From: a virus
Lineage: Duplodnaviria; Caudoviricetes
DNA: 50,825 bases
IMG/VR virus record: IMGVR_UViG_3300036780_000409
Coordinates: 1 to 50,825 of that record
Strand: one strand, 5' to 3'
How positions within the stretch are numbered: the stretch's first letter is position 1; every line of letters starts with the position of its first letter. The position numbers and the translations under genes were made by a program. Positions 17,488 through 25,297 of this stretch are shown in pieces. Below the pieces are notes generated by a model, which ran no database searches, had not been told where the DNA came from, and saw only the letters and a list, made by a program, of their open reading frames with translations.

Positions 17488-17790
17488 ATGCACTACGCGA
17501 ATGGCAGGGAAGCAAAGAATGGCGACAAGGTTGTACTGTTCGGCTATGGCGGTCCCGTGTTCGGAATTTTGTATGACGCGACCGCTGGGAACGATTACTG
17601 CAACGGGAAAATGGCGGTTACCAAGCCGAATGACCCGTGTCCGAATCTGAAAGAATGCCTGCACGTGGAAGATATGCTGGCGCTGCTTCCTCCGCAGGGT
17701 GGAGTTTTGGCCCAGACGCATCCCGACATATTCAAGCGAATTGCCCTTGCGCCAGATACGTCGGCGGCAGTTAAGCCAGCAACGGCCTAA
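17488..17790 (+). CDS. Conserved phage hypothetical protein (MHYANGREAKNGD)
   Basis: AAGGAG RBS; bounded by 13-bp direct repeats. Confidence 0.8.
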   Translation: MHYANGREAKNGDKVVLFGYGGPVFGILYDATAGNDYCNGKMAVTKPNDPCPNLKECLHVEDMLALLPPQGGVLAQTHPDIFKRIALAPDTSAAVKPATA

Positions 17791-17985
17791 CCAAGATTCG
17801 TGGCGGCACGGCCCTCCGAGAAGATCGGAGCAAGGACGAATAAGGGAAAACAGCACGCATGAGCCGAAGTGCTGAGCCTATAAACCGACCGTCACGAAGA
17901 ATGCGCCCTGAGCCAGTGGCCGGAGAAAAACCGGATAAAGAGATACGCTGGCTCTCGGCGCAGGAACCGGAAAGGGAAACGATAT

Positions 17986-18051
17986 ATGCAAATCACCCAG
18001 CACTTCTCGCTCGACGAATTCGAACGCGACGGCGCAAATGCAAAACTCTAA
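17986..18051 (+). pseudogene. N-terminal remnant of a peptidase M15-type endolysin (MQITQHFSLDEFERDG)
   Basis: Matches the MxLTxHFSLxEF start of M15 endolysins; stops after 21 codons and overlaps the SLT gene start. Confidence 0.55.
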
Positions 18052-18499
18052 TCTCATATTTCTGGCTAGGTCTGCGGCGCTCAAGCACCAACTCTACGAT
18101 TACATCATCTGCGGAATCTGCGAGCGAGAAAGCTCTTGGAATCCGTGGGCGATTCGCTACGAGCCGGCGTTTCAAGAGCACTACGTGGCGAAATTAAATC
18201 TCCCTCCGACCGAATCGGTGGCGCGTTCGACCTCGTGGGGCCTGATGCAAACGCTCGGCGAGAGCGTCTACGAAATCGGGTATCGCGGAGACTTCCCGGC
18301 ACTGTGCGATCCGGCAACGGGTATCGAATGGGGCTGCCAGCTATTCGCGAAGAAGCTCAGTCAAGCCGGTGGCGATTATGCGAGGGCGCTACTGTTGTGG
18401 AACGGCGGAGGAAATCCTTCGTACGGGCCGGACGTGCTGGCGCTGTCGGCGAAGTATGGTGGGCCTTCGAGTGCGGGGGCGGACACGGCTGTAGCGTAA
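18038..18499 (+). CDS. Endolysin, lytic transglycosylase (SLT) family
   Basis: Catalytic ES in CERESSWNP; SWGLMQ; DPATGIEWG; ALLLWNGG. Confidence 0.9.
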   Translation: MQNSNLIFLARSAALKHQLYDYIICGICERESSWNPWAIRYEPAFQEHYVAKLNLPPTESVARSTSWGLMQTLGESVYEIGYRGDFPALCDPATGIEWGCQLFAKKLSQAGGDYARALLLWNGGGNPSYGPDVLALSAKYGGPSSAGADTAVA

Positions 18500-18541
18500 G
18501 CACACCTTGCGCGGGATGCATATTTTTCGGGGAGTTCATGA

Positions 18542-18907
18542 ATGAACGATTCCAAAAACTCAGATTGGCTGCTTTCTTCTATTGTTCGATCCGCCGCTGT
18601 CAAGGAAGGGCTGCAGCGCGCGCGTAATCGAGGAAGGAAACTTGGGAGGCCGTTCGTGCGAGTTAACATTGCAGAGTTCATGCGGCTTCGCACGGAGGGC
18701 TGGGGCGTTAAACGACTGGCGCGACATTTTCATATCGGGGTCGGGACCGCGTTTCGCATCGCGCACAATTGGAATCTGTATCTAGAAGTCGATCCGCAGC
18801 AACAAAGGAGAGAAAGAAAATGGCTAAGAATGGCAAGAATAAAATTAAGGGAAGCAAACCGGCTACTGAAGAACCTCGATCGCTTCCGGTCTTCGACCGC
18901 GGCGTGA
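18542..18907 (+). CDS. Resolvase/invertase C-terminal HTH-only protein with basic C-terminal helix
   Basis: EGLQRARNRGRKLGRP followed by a Hin-type HTH; no catalytic serine-recombinase domain. Confidence 0.65.
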   Translation: MNDSKNSDWLLSSIVRSAAVKEGLQRARNRGRKLGRPFVRVNIAEFMRLRTEGWGVKRLARHFHIGVGTAFRIAHNWNLYLEVDPQQQRRERKWLRMARIKLREANRLLKNLDRFRSSTAA

Positions 18908-19092
18908 AAACGGCGCATCAACTTTGCGGCGGAATGAGCTTGTTAATAGGCGATGTGATTTCCCGGCGCGTTGCTCCTAATCTGGCGAATGCGGCGTGTA
19001 ATGCCGCCGGGAAGTTATTGAAGTCCGCAGAGATGCAGCAAAAATACGGAATAAAATCTGAAGGACAAGACAAAATTCTTATACTGGCCTAG
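18820..19092 (+). CDS. Hypothetical protein (ANAACNAAGKLL motif)
   Basis: AAGGAG RBS; overlaps the preceding gene by 88 nt. Confidence 0.7.
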   Translation: MAKNGKNKIKGSKPATEEPRSLPVFDRGVKTAHQLCGGMSLLIGDVISRRVAPNLANAACNAAGKLLKSAEMQQKYGIKSEGQDKILILA

Positions 19093-19131
19093 GGGCTGGG
19101 CGGCTATTCACATAGGCGATCTTGCGCGGGA

Positions 19132-19140
19132 TGGTAAGAT
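19132..19140 (+). promoter_or_regulatory. Possible extended -10 promoter (TGG-TAAGAT) for a leaderless terS transcript
   Basis: Ends 6 nt before the ATG at 19147, which lacks a Shine-Dalgarno sequence. Confidence 0.35.
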
Positions 19141-19146
19141 TCGATC

Positions 19147-19539
19147 ATGGCCAGCAAAGGGCGTAAAAAGGGCGGCGTTATGCGTTCTGGCGTGAGTCCC
19201 GATGTTGGTAAGGCCACGCAATTCAAAATCGGCCACAAGTCTGTTCCAGGTCCCGGACGCCCGAAGACAAAAATCCTTCGCGAGATCGCCCGCGAAATCG
19301 TTGAGGAAGTTAATCCGAAGAAAAAGAAAATCCGCGCGCGCATCCTGCTCGAAAAACTTATTTCGCAAGCCGAGAAAGGCAGCCTCGGGCATTTTCAGCA
19401 AGTCCTGCAACTGCTTGAGGCCGATGCCAGTGGAGCGAATTGGCCCGGCGCAAATTCTGCTGGCGATGGCAGTGCAAGCGTCAAAGACTTCAGCAAGGCC
19501 GAACTTACGGCAATCCTCCGCGCGAGGACCGCAAAGTGA
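19147..19539 (+). CDS. terS: Terminase small subunit (DUF5681-like)
   Basis: ATQFKIG...PGPGRPK motif; directly upstream of terL. Confidence 0.8.
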   Translation: MASKGRKKGGVMRSGVSPDVGKATQFKIGHKSVPGPGRPKTKILREIAREIVEEVNPKKKKIRARILLEKLISQAEKGSLGHFQQVLQLLEADASGANWPGANSAGDGSASVKDFSKAELTAILRARTAK

Positions 19540-20993
19540 TCGCCGATGCATTGTCGGACGCAGAAATCGCCGCAGAACTCTTGGCGATCGATTCCGCCTG
19601 CGAGAGACTTGCGGATTACATTCAGTACACATTTCCCGCCTACACCCGCTCGCATTTTTCCGATTCCGTTTGCGCGGCACTAGACCAATTCATCGCCGAC
19701 ATCGAAGCAGGGAAACGGCCGATATTGGTTTTGCAGAGCCCGCCGCAAACTGGGAAAAGCGAAATCGTTTCGCGCAAGTTGCCGGCGTTCCTGCTCGGTA
19801 AACATCCCGAATGGCGCATCGGTGCGGCCAGCTATTCGGACGAATTGGCAAATTCCATGGCGCAAGATGTGCGCCGCGTACTGGCCTCGCCAGAGCATCA
19901 ACGCCTATTCCCCGCGCCGCAGGAGAAAGAGAAATTTTCCGTCAGTCGCATCGGCGAATTCACGGCGCCCGGAGGAAGGGGAAGCTACATGGCCGTGGGC
20001 ATCGGTTCCGGTTTGACCGGGCGCGCTCTAACGGTCGGAATCATCGACGATCCCACGCGCGACGCCAAAGATGCGTTGAGTGAAACCGTGAAAGAAAGCC
20101 AGTGGAATTGGTATCAGGGCGTATTCGCCACGCGCTTGAGTGAGCGTTCGGGACAAATCGTAATGGCGACGAGCTGGGCGCAAGACGATCTGCCCGCGCG
20201 CATCCTCGCTCAATTCGACGGTAACCCGCGATTGACGCATCTGCGCTTTCCAGCCATCAACGATCCGCATGAGGCTGGATACAATCCCGATTTGCCGCTC
20301 GGCCCGCTCTGCCCCGAGTTTCGCAGCATGAAATTCTTCCTCGAACAAAAAGCGCTGTGCTCGGATTACTGGTTCGCCGCGCTGTATCAGCAAAGCCCGC
20401 GGCCTCTGGGCGGGAACGTATTCAAGGCCGATGGCGTGCAGCACTATGCGCCCAAGGATCTTCCGCAACGCTTCGACAAAGTGATCAACTCGTGGGATTG
20501 CACGTTCAAAGACACCGATGGCACCGATTTCGTGGTCGGTCAAGCGTGGGGCAAAGCCGGAGCGAATTCCTACTTGCTCGATCAGATTCGCGACCGCATG
20601 GGTTTCAGTGCGACGGTAGAAAACGTAATCGCGTTGCGCAAGCGTTGGCCGCAGACTTCCGAAGTGTTGATCGAGGACAAGGCCAACGGTCCCGCAGTGA
20701 TCGACGTGCTCAAATCGCAAGTGCCTGGACTGATCGCCATTGAGCCGGATGGATCAAAGTTGGCACGCGCGCATGCTATTACGTGGGTATGGGAGGCGCG
20801 CAATGTTTTGCTGCCCTACCCTCAGATAACTCCATGGATGAAACAGTTTCTGTCCGAAATATTGTCTTTCCCGGCCGCCGCTAACGATGATCAAGTCGAT
20901 GCGATGAGTCAAGCCCTGCGCAGGCTATACCCGCTGCATCAAAGGCTTAAGATTATGCAGAGCGCAATTGATAAGGCGATGGGCAGGATGTAA
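19536..20993 (+). CDS. terL: Terminase large subunit
   Basis: PPQTGKS Walker A, IIDDP Walker B, SWDCTFK, IEDKANG, DDQVDA; GTG start at 19536. Confidence 0.95.
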   Translation: MIADALSDAEIAAELLAIDSACERLADYIQYTFPAYTRSHFSDSVCAALDQFIADIEAGKRPILVLQSPPQTGKSEIVSRKLPAFLLGKHPEWRIGAASYSDELANSMAQDVRRVLASPEHQRLFPAPQEKEKFSVSRIGEFTAPGGRGSYMAVGIGSGLTGRALTVGIIDDPTRDAKDALSETVKESQWNWYQGVFATRLSERSGQIVMATSWAQDDLPARILAQFDGNPRLTHLRFPAINDPHEAGYNPDLPLGPLCPEFRSMKFFLEQKALCSDYWFAALYQQSPRPLGGNVFKADGVQHYAPKDLPQRFDKVINSWDCTFKDTDGTDFVVGQAWGKAGANSYLLDQIRDRMGFSATVENVIALRKRWPQTSEVLIEDKANGPAVIDVLKSQVPGLIAIEPDGSKLARAHAITWVWEARNVLLPYPQITPWMKQFLSEILSFPAAANDDQVDAMSQALRRLYPLHQRLKIMQSAIDKAMGRM

Positions 20994-20996
20994 AAT
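20968..20996 (+). promoter_or_regulatory. Sigma70-like promoter for the HNH gene, embedded in the terL 3' end
   Basis: TTGATA-N17-TAAAAT. Confidence 0.6.
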
Positions 20997-21031
20997 GGCG
21001 GCCGCATCACAATCTCATTAGAGGTGAGATT

Positions 21032-21574
21032 ATGAAACGACGTGTGGTTAGACACGAAGTAGTGCAGCCGCCGGACCAATCCTACCGACTTATCGCTCTG
21101 ACTCAAAATCAAAACGCAGCTGTGGACGCCGAAGACTTTGAGTTCCTCAATCAATGGAATTGGTGTGCCACTTGGGACCCAACCACAAAATCCTTCTACG
21201 CTGTCCGTGACCACGGAAGGATCAGAATGCACCGTCAAATTCTTGGTTGCCGACCAGAAGAGGAAGGTGACCATCGCAACAACGACACGCTCGACAATCG
21301 CCGCAGTAATCTGCGCGCATGTACTCGCCGACAAAATGGCGCGAATAGAACAATGCGAGTGATGACACAAAGCAGTAAATTCAGAGGAGTCTATTGGAAT
21401 AAGCATGCGGGCAAATGGATAAGCCAAATTGGCGGGTCGGGATTTCATCAGTATCTCGGACTTTTCGTTAACGAAGAAGACGCTGCCCGCGCCTACGATG
21501 TTGCGGCCAGCGCGAAGTTCGGTGAATTCGCCAAGCTCAATTTTCCGAATTTGGTTGTAGAATCGCGGCCATGA
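21032..21574 (+). CDS. HNH endonuclease with AP2 domain (putative homing endonuclease)
   Basis: MHRQIL..DHRNNDTLDNRRSNLR and SKFRGV..W....YLGLF..EEDAARAYD.A...FGEFAKLNF. Confidence 0.93.
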   Translation: MKRRVVRHEVVQPPDQSYRLIALTQNQNAAVDAEDFEFLNQWNWCATWDPTTKSFYAVRDHGRIRMHRQILGCRPEEEGDHRNNDTLDNRRSNLRACTRRQNGANRTMRVMTQSSKFRGVYWNKHAGKWISQIGGSGFHQYLGLFVNEEDAARAYDVAASAKFGEFAKLNFPNLVVESRP

Positions 21575-23019
21575 AGAAACCGAAGCCCGCCCCTAAAACA
21601 AATAGCCTAGCCATCGCTGCACTGAAAGCGCTCACGCCCGATGAAAATCTAAAGCCGACTCGCTGGCCGATCAAACCTCCCGAGTTATTTCCCGGAGTCG
21701 TCCCGAAAGGAAAAACAGCGCAAGTCGCGATGGACTCCGGCCCGTACAATTACGCATCGTCTTCGATGTATATTTCCGGCGACGTCGGCGGATTTCCCGG
21801 CTATCCGTTCCTGATGATGCTGGCCTTGCGCGCTGAATACCGCAACATGGCCTCGGCCCTCGCGACCGAATTAACCCGCGAATGGATCACGCTCAACAGC
21901 AGCGAGACGGCGGGCGAGTCGACCAAGAAAAAAGTGAAGGAGATCGATCAGGAACTCAAACGCCTAGGCCTGCAGCAGACAATTCGCTTGGCGGCGGAGC
22001 AGGACGCCTTCTACGGAAGCGGCCAGATTCTTATCGACCTCAAGGGCCATGATGTCGAAGTGCCGCTGGTTCTCGATAAAGCAACTATTGCTAAAAAAAC
22101 TCTCGTCGGGTTTCGCGTAGTCGAGCCGATCTGGACCACGCCGCTGATGTACAACGCGCTCGATCCGTCGAAAGCCGATTTCTACAAGCCTTCGTCGTGG
22201 TGGGTGATGGGGCAGCACTGGCACGCCACGCGGATGCTGATTATCATCACGCGCTGGGTTCCGGATATCCTGAAGCCTGCGTTCAATTTTTCGGGCATCA
22301 GCCTCAGCCAGCTCGCCGAGCCTTACGTCAATAACTGGCTGCGCACGCGGCAGAGCGTCTCGGACCTCATCAACAATTTTTCGATCGTCGTGCTCAAAAC
22401 GGCAATGGATCAAGTGCTGGCTGGTGGAGACGATGGCAGCGATCTTTTCGCGCGCATCAAGCTCTTCACTGCCACGCGCAGCAACAAGGGCGTGATGACG
22501 GTAGACAAAGAGCGCGAGGAACTGGAACAACTCGCCGTTCCGCTTGGCGGATTGCACGAATTGCAATCGCAAGCGCAAGAGCACATGTGTTCCGTCTCGC
22601 ACGAACCGGCCATCATCATGACCGGAATTTCTCCCGCCGGACTCAATGCGTCGAGCGAGGGAGAGATTCGCGTCTGGTACGACTGGATCGCGGCGCAGCA
22701 GGAAGCCCACTATCGCGTACCGATTGATGCGGCGATCAAAATCGTGCAGCTTTCGCTGTATGGAGAAATCGATCCCGATATCAGTTTCGAATTTAATCCA
22801 CTGTTCCAACTGACCGACAAAGAGCTTGCGGAGATTCGCGTCAACGAAAGCATCGAAGCCGGGAATTACCTGGATCGGCAAGTTGTGGATGCTCCAGAAG
22901 TGCGCGAGCAAATCGCACGCAATCCCGAATCCCGATGGAACGGCATTGACGTCAGCAAAGTTATACAACCACCTCCGGGGCAGGAACTAGACGAGCCGTT
23001 GGCAAGAGGAAATGCGTAA
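21571..23019 (+). CDS. Portal protein (DUF1073-like)
   Basis: Position after terL; about 480 aa; TREWI, FYGSG, GISPAGLNASSEGE..WYD and FNPL motifs. Confidence 0.9.
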   Translation: MKKPKPAPKTNSLAIAALKALTPDENLKPTRWPIKPPELFPGVVPKGKTAQVAMDSGPYNYASSSMYISGDVGGFPGYPFLMMLALRAEYRNMASALATELTREWITLNSSETAGESTKKKVKEIDQELKRLGLQQTIRLAAEQDAFYGSGQILIDLKGHDVEVPLVLDKATIAKKTLVGFRVVEPIWTTPLMYNALDPSKADFYKPSSWWVMGQHWHATRMLIIITRWVPDILKPAFNFSGISLSQLAEPYVNNWLRTRQSVSDLINNFSIVVLKTAMDQVLAGGDDGSDLFARIKLFTATRSNKGVMTVDKEREELEQLAVPLGGLHELQSQAQEHMCSVSHEPAIIMTGISPAGLNASSEGEIRVWYDWIAAQQEAHYRVPIDAAIKIVQLSLYGEIDPDISFEFNPLFQLTDKELAEIRVNESIEAGNYLDRQVVDAPEVREQIARNPESRWNGIDVSKVIQPPPGQELDEPLARGNA

Positions 23020-23857
23020 GCAGGCCATCGCTCGTCCCGTCCACGCTAACGCTGGCACCGAAGCCCGCTACCGCCGCGCGCTACTTTCCGCCATCTCCGA
23101 AATGGTCAAGGACGTAACCGACCTGATCACCGAGCAGCGCGAATCGAATCCTCCGGTCCTCGCCGAAGACGCCTCGCACGTCAATCCTCCGCAGCCTCCG
23201 CCCAGGCCGCTGATCGGCACGTCTCCCTCCGTTGCCATGCGCGAGGAGCTAAATAAAATAGCCGCGCGCTGGCAGAAGCGATTCGCCGAAATGTCCGACA
23301 CGGTAGCCTCCAGCTTCCTGCGCAATTCGTTTCGCGGCACCGATAACGCCATGCGCGCGGCCTTGAAATCGGCCGGCTGGAGTATCGAATTCAAGATGAC
23401 CCCGGCGGTGCGCGATGCGTTCGAGGCCTCATTGGCAGAAAACGTGGGGCTGATCCGCTCCATCCCGGAAAAGTATTTGCAGCAGGTCGAGGGAATCGTG
23501 ATGCGGAACTACGCGGCGGGCCGCGACCTGCAGACGATGACGCGCGAAATCAAGGCGCTCTCTCCGAAGACGCAGGACCGCGCCGCGCTGATTGCACGCG
23601 ATCAATCGAACAAAGCAAATGCCGTGGTGACGCGTGCGCGGCAGAAAGAATTAGGAATTGCCGAGGCGGTGTGGATGCATTCGCATGCGGGAAAAGAGCC
23701 GAGGCCAACGCACGTCGCGATGAACGGGAAACGCTACGATGTTTCGAAGGGGATGTACGACAGCGCGGTCAAGAAATGGATTTTCCCGGGAGAACTTGTT
23801 TCCTGCAGATGCACGAGTCGGTCGGTATTGCCGTGGACTCCTGCCGAGAAAAATTAA
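23012..23857 (+). CDS. Minor head/morphogenesis protein (Mu F, SPP1 gp7-like)
   Basis: RAALIARDQ..K, W......RPTH...NGK, PGE...CRC. Confidence 0.92.
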   Translation: MRKQAIARPVHANAGTEARYRRALLSAISEMVKDVTDLITEQRESNPPVLAEDASHVNPPQPPPRPLIGTSPSVAMREELNKIAARWQKRFAEMSDTVASSFLRNSFRGTDNAMRAALKSAGWSIEFKMTPAVRDAFEASLAENVGLIRSIPEKYLQQVEGIVMRNYAAGRDLQTMTREIKALSPKTQDRAALIARDQSNKANAVVTRARQKELGIAEAVWMHSHAGKEPRPTHVAMNGKRYDVSKGMYDSAVKKWIFPGELVSCRCTSRSVLPWTPAEKN

Positions 23858-24027
23858 CTGTGGATCAGCCAAGATTTATTATTCGGGCTGGATTCGAAGT
23901 CGTTGCAATGATCGAAGAAGAAGTTTGTGTCCGCATTTACATCGAACCCGGGGATTGGGATGCGTATCTTATCGTTTCCGGCGAGGACGGACGCGATGCC
24001 TAGAGCGCGGAGAAGCCTTAATCTGAA

Positions 24028-24123
24028 TCAGTGGTAATGGCGGTCGCGTCTCATCCAAAATCCCAAGAGAACTCCACCAACAGCCGTCGCGGCACCAGCG
24101 AACCATGATAGCAAGATAATCAT
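24028..24123 (-). CDS. Small single-TM peptide (31 aa, MIILLSWFAGAATAVGGVLLGFWMRRDRHYH)
   Basis: Not in the ORF track. GAAAGGAA RBS on the minus strand; follows the RHH gene. Confidence 0.6.
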   Translation of the reverse strand: MIILLSWFAGAATAVGGVLLGFWMRRDRHYH

Positions 24124-24141
24124 CGCACTTCCTTTCCCGTA

Positions 24142-24315
24142 CTAGACTGAAGTTGTTATCTGATTCGCTTCGGCAAACTTCCTCAGCGCCAATTCAATCA
24201 CTTGCGACTCGCCAATTCCCAGCTTGTCTTTGGCTGCTTTCATAATCAGTGCGGCGTGGACGGTGATGCGCAGGTCTTTTCTGATTCGCTTGTTTAGCGG
24301 AACCTTGCCCGTCAT
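24142..24315 (-). CDS. Ribbon-helix-helix DNA-binding protein (57 aa)
   Basis: Not in the ORF track. MTGKVPLNKRIRKDLRITVHAALIMKAAKDKLGIGESQVIELALRKFAE shows the alternating beta strand, helix, G-x-x-x-S turn, helix pattern. Confidence 0.7.
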   Translation of the reverse strand: MTGKVPLNKRIRKDLRITVHAALIMKAAKDKLGIGESQVIELALRKFAEANQITTSV

Positions 24316-24350
24316 TTGACGTAAAAGTACCGGAATCGCTCCACAAAATC
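24305..24350 (+). repeat. 46-bp perfect direct repeat, copy 1
   Basis: TTGCCCGTCATTTGACGTAAAAGTACCGGAATCGCTCCACAAAATC, identical to 28671-28716. Confidence 0.97.
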
Positions 24351-24413
24351 AATATGCAATCAGTGAAATTGCTGATTTTTAGTCAGGTCCCTGCCGTACA
24401 GTCCATTTCGTAT

Positions 24414-24803
24414 ATGTCCACCATCGCAGTTTTCGCCCAGGGGCATTCCCAGCCAGACATCCTGCCCGATTGCCGCTTGAAGAATCCCACGAACGTCATC
24501 CGCGATGCGTACGCAGGGATGGGCCTCAACTGGCAGCCGATCTTTTGCGCCAACTGCGGTGCGGACGGAGGACTCGTTCCCGCCGAGAATTGCGATTTCG
24601 CCTTCTATCTCTGCAATCCCTGCGCGGAAAAGTGGGGGCCGATCGCCGGAACTTACGCCGAGCCCGACGCCATATTCTTCGCCAAAGTGAAGGCCGCGCA
24701 AATTGAGAAGTATGGGCGCGAACTCGAGCCGCCCGAAATTATCGAACTCCTGAATGACGAAAATAGCTTTCTCAGCAAACTCGCCAAAGAGCGAAAGGGG
24801 TAA
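24414..24803 (+). CDS. Zinc-finger protein (CANC...CNPC), first gene of the repeat-bounded cassette
   Basis: Two CxxC pairs; start is 24414 or 24354. Confidence 0.7.
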   Translation: MSTIAVFAQGHSQPDILPDCRLKNPTNVIRDAYAGMGLNWQPIFCANCGADGGLVPAENCDFAFYLCNPCAEKWGPIAGTYAEPDAIFFAKVKAAQIEKYGRELEPPEIIELLNDENSFLSKLAKERKG

Positions 24804-24808
24804 CTGCC

Positions 24809-25279
24809 ATGCCGATGATCTACGGGATTTCTCTTGCAACGGCCGGAAACACGGCGACCAGCGGCACGGCGAATACCGAGGTCAACACATTCTCGATCAA
24901 GCCCGGCGTGCGCAACGTAGGCTTGCAATCCCTCTATATCGTTGGCAAGGGCGCTGGCCTCACGGCTATCTCTGGAATCGTGATGCGCATCGTTGGCTGG
25001 GCCACGGCCTCGACGGGTGGCGTTGCTGTTACGCCGACGCCGAAAGACCCGGGCATGCAAGCGGCCAAGGCTGCGGTACTTTCCGGCGCAACGAACGGCA
25101 CTACGCGCGTGAATCACCTTTCGATCGGTTGCGGAGCTGCGGGTCCCGGTGGCTGGGTTGCGCCCAATCCCGACTCGGTGATCTACCAGCAAGGCGGCGG
25201 CGCGGGCTCGACCGATGGCTTGAACGCTTCCGGAACAACTGGTCTCAACTTCGAGTGGTCTGGCGAGATCGTCGAATAA
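24809..25279 (+). CDS. Gly/Thr/Ala-rich beta-sandwich protein, putative virion structural subunit
   Basis: Composition, GGxAVTPTPxD motif, C-terminal beta strand ending EIVE. Confidence 0.65.
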   Translation: MPMIYGISLATAGNTATSGTANTEVNTFSIKPGVRNVGLQSLYIVGKGAGLTAISGIVMRIVGWATASTGGVAVTPTPKDPGMQAAKAAVLSGATNGTTRVNHLSIGCGAAGPGGWVAPNPDSVIYQQGGGAGSTDGLNASGTTGLNFEWSGEIVE

Positions 25280-25297
25280 TCGATAAGGCGGTGCGGC

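Noticed and set aside
18542-18907. Functional invertase switching tail fibre specificity
   Set aside because: There is no catalytic domain, and no inverted repeats or reversed fibre segments were noticed near 44-47.5 kb.
21571-23019. Anti-CBASS Acb1 label sometimes attached to DUF1073 proteins
   Set aside because: Size and position indicate a portal; no separate 2H phosphoesterase domain with paired HxT/S motifs is evident.
23860-24003. 47-codon GTG ORF after the minor head gene
   Set aside because: It has a weak RBS and no recognisable motif, so it was not called.
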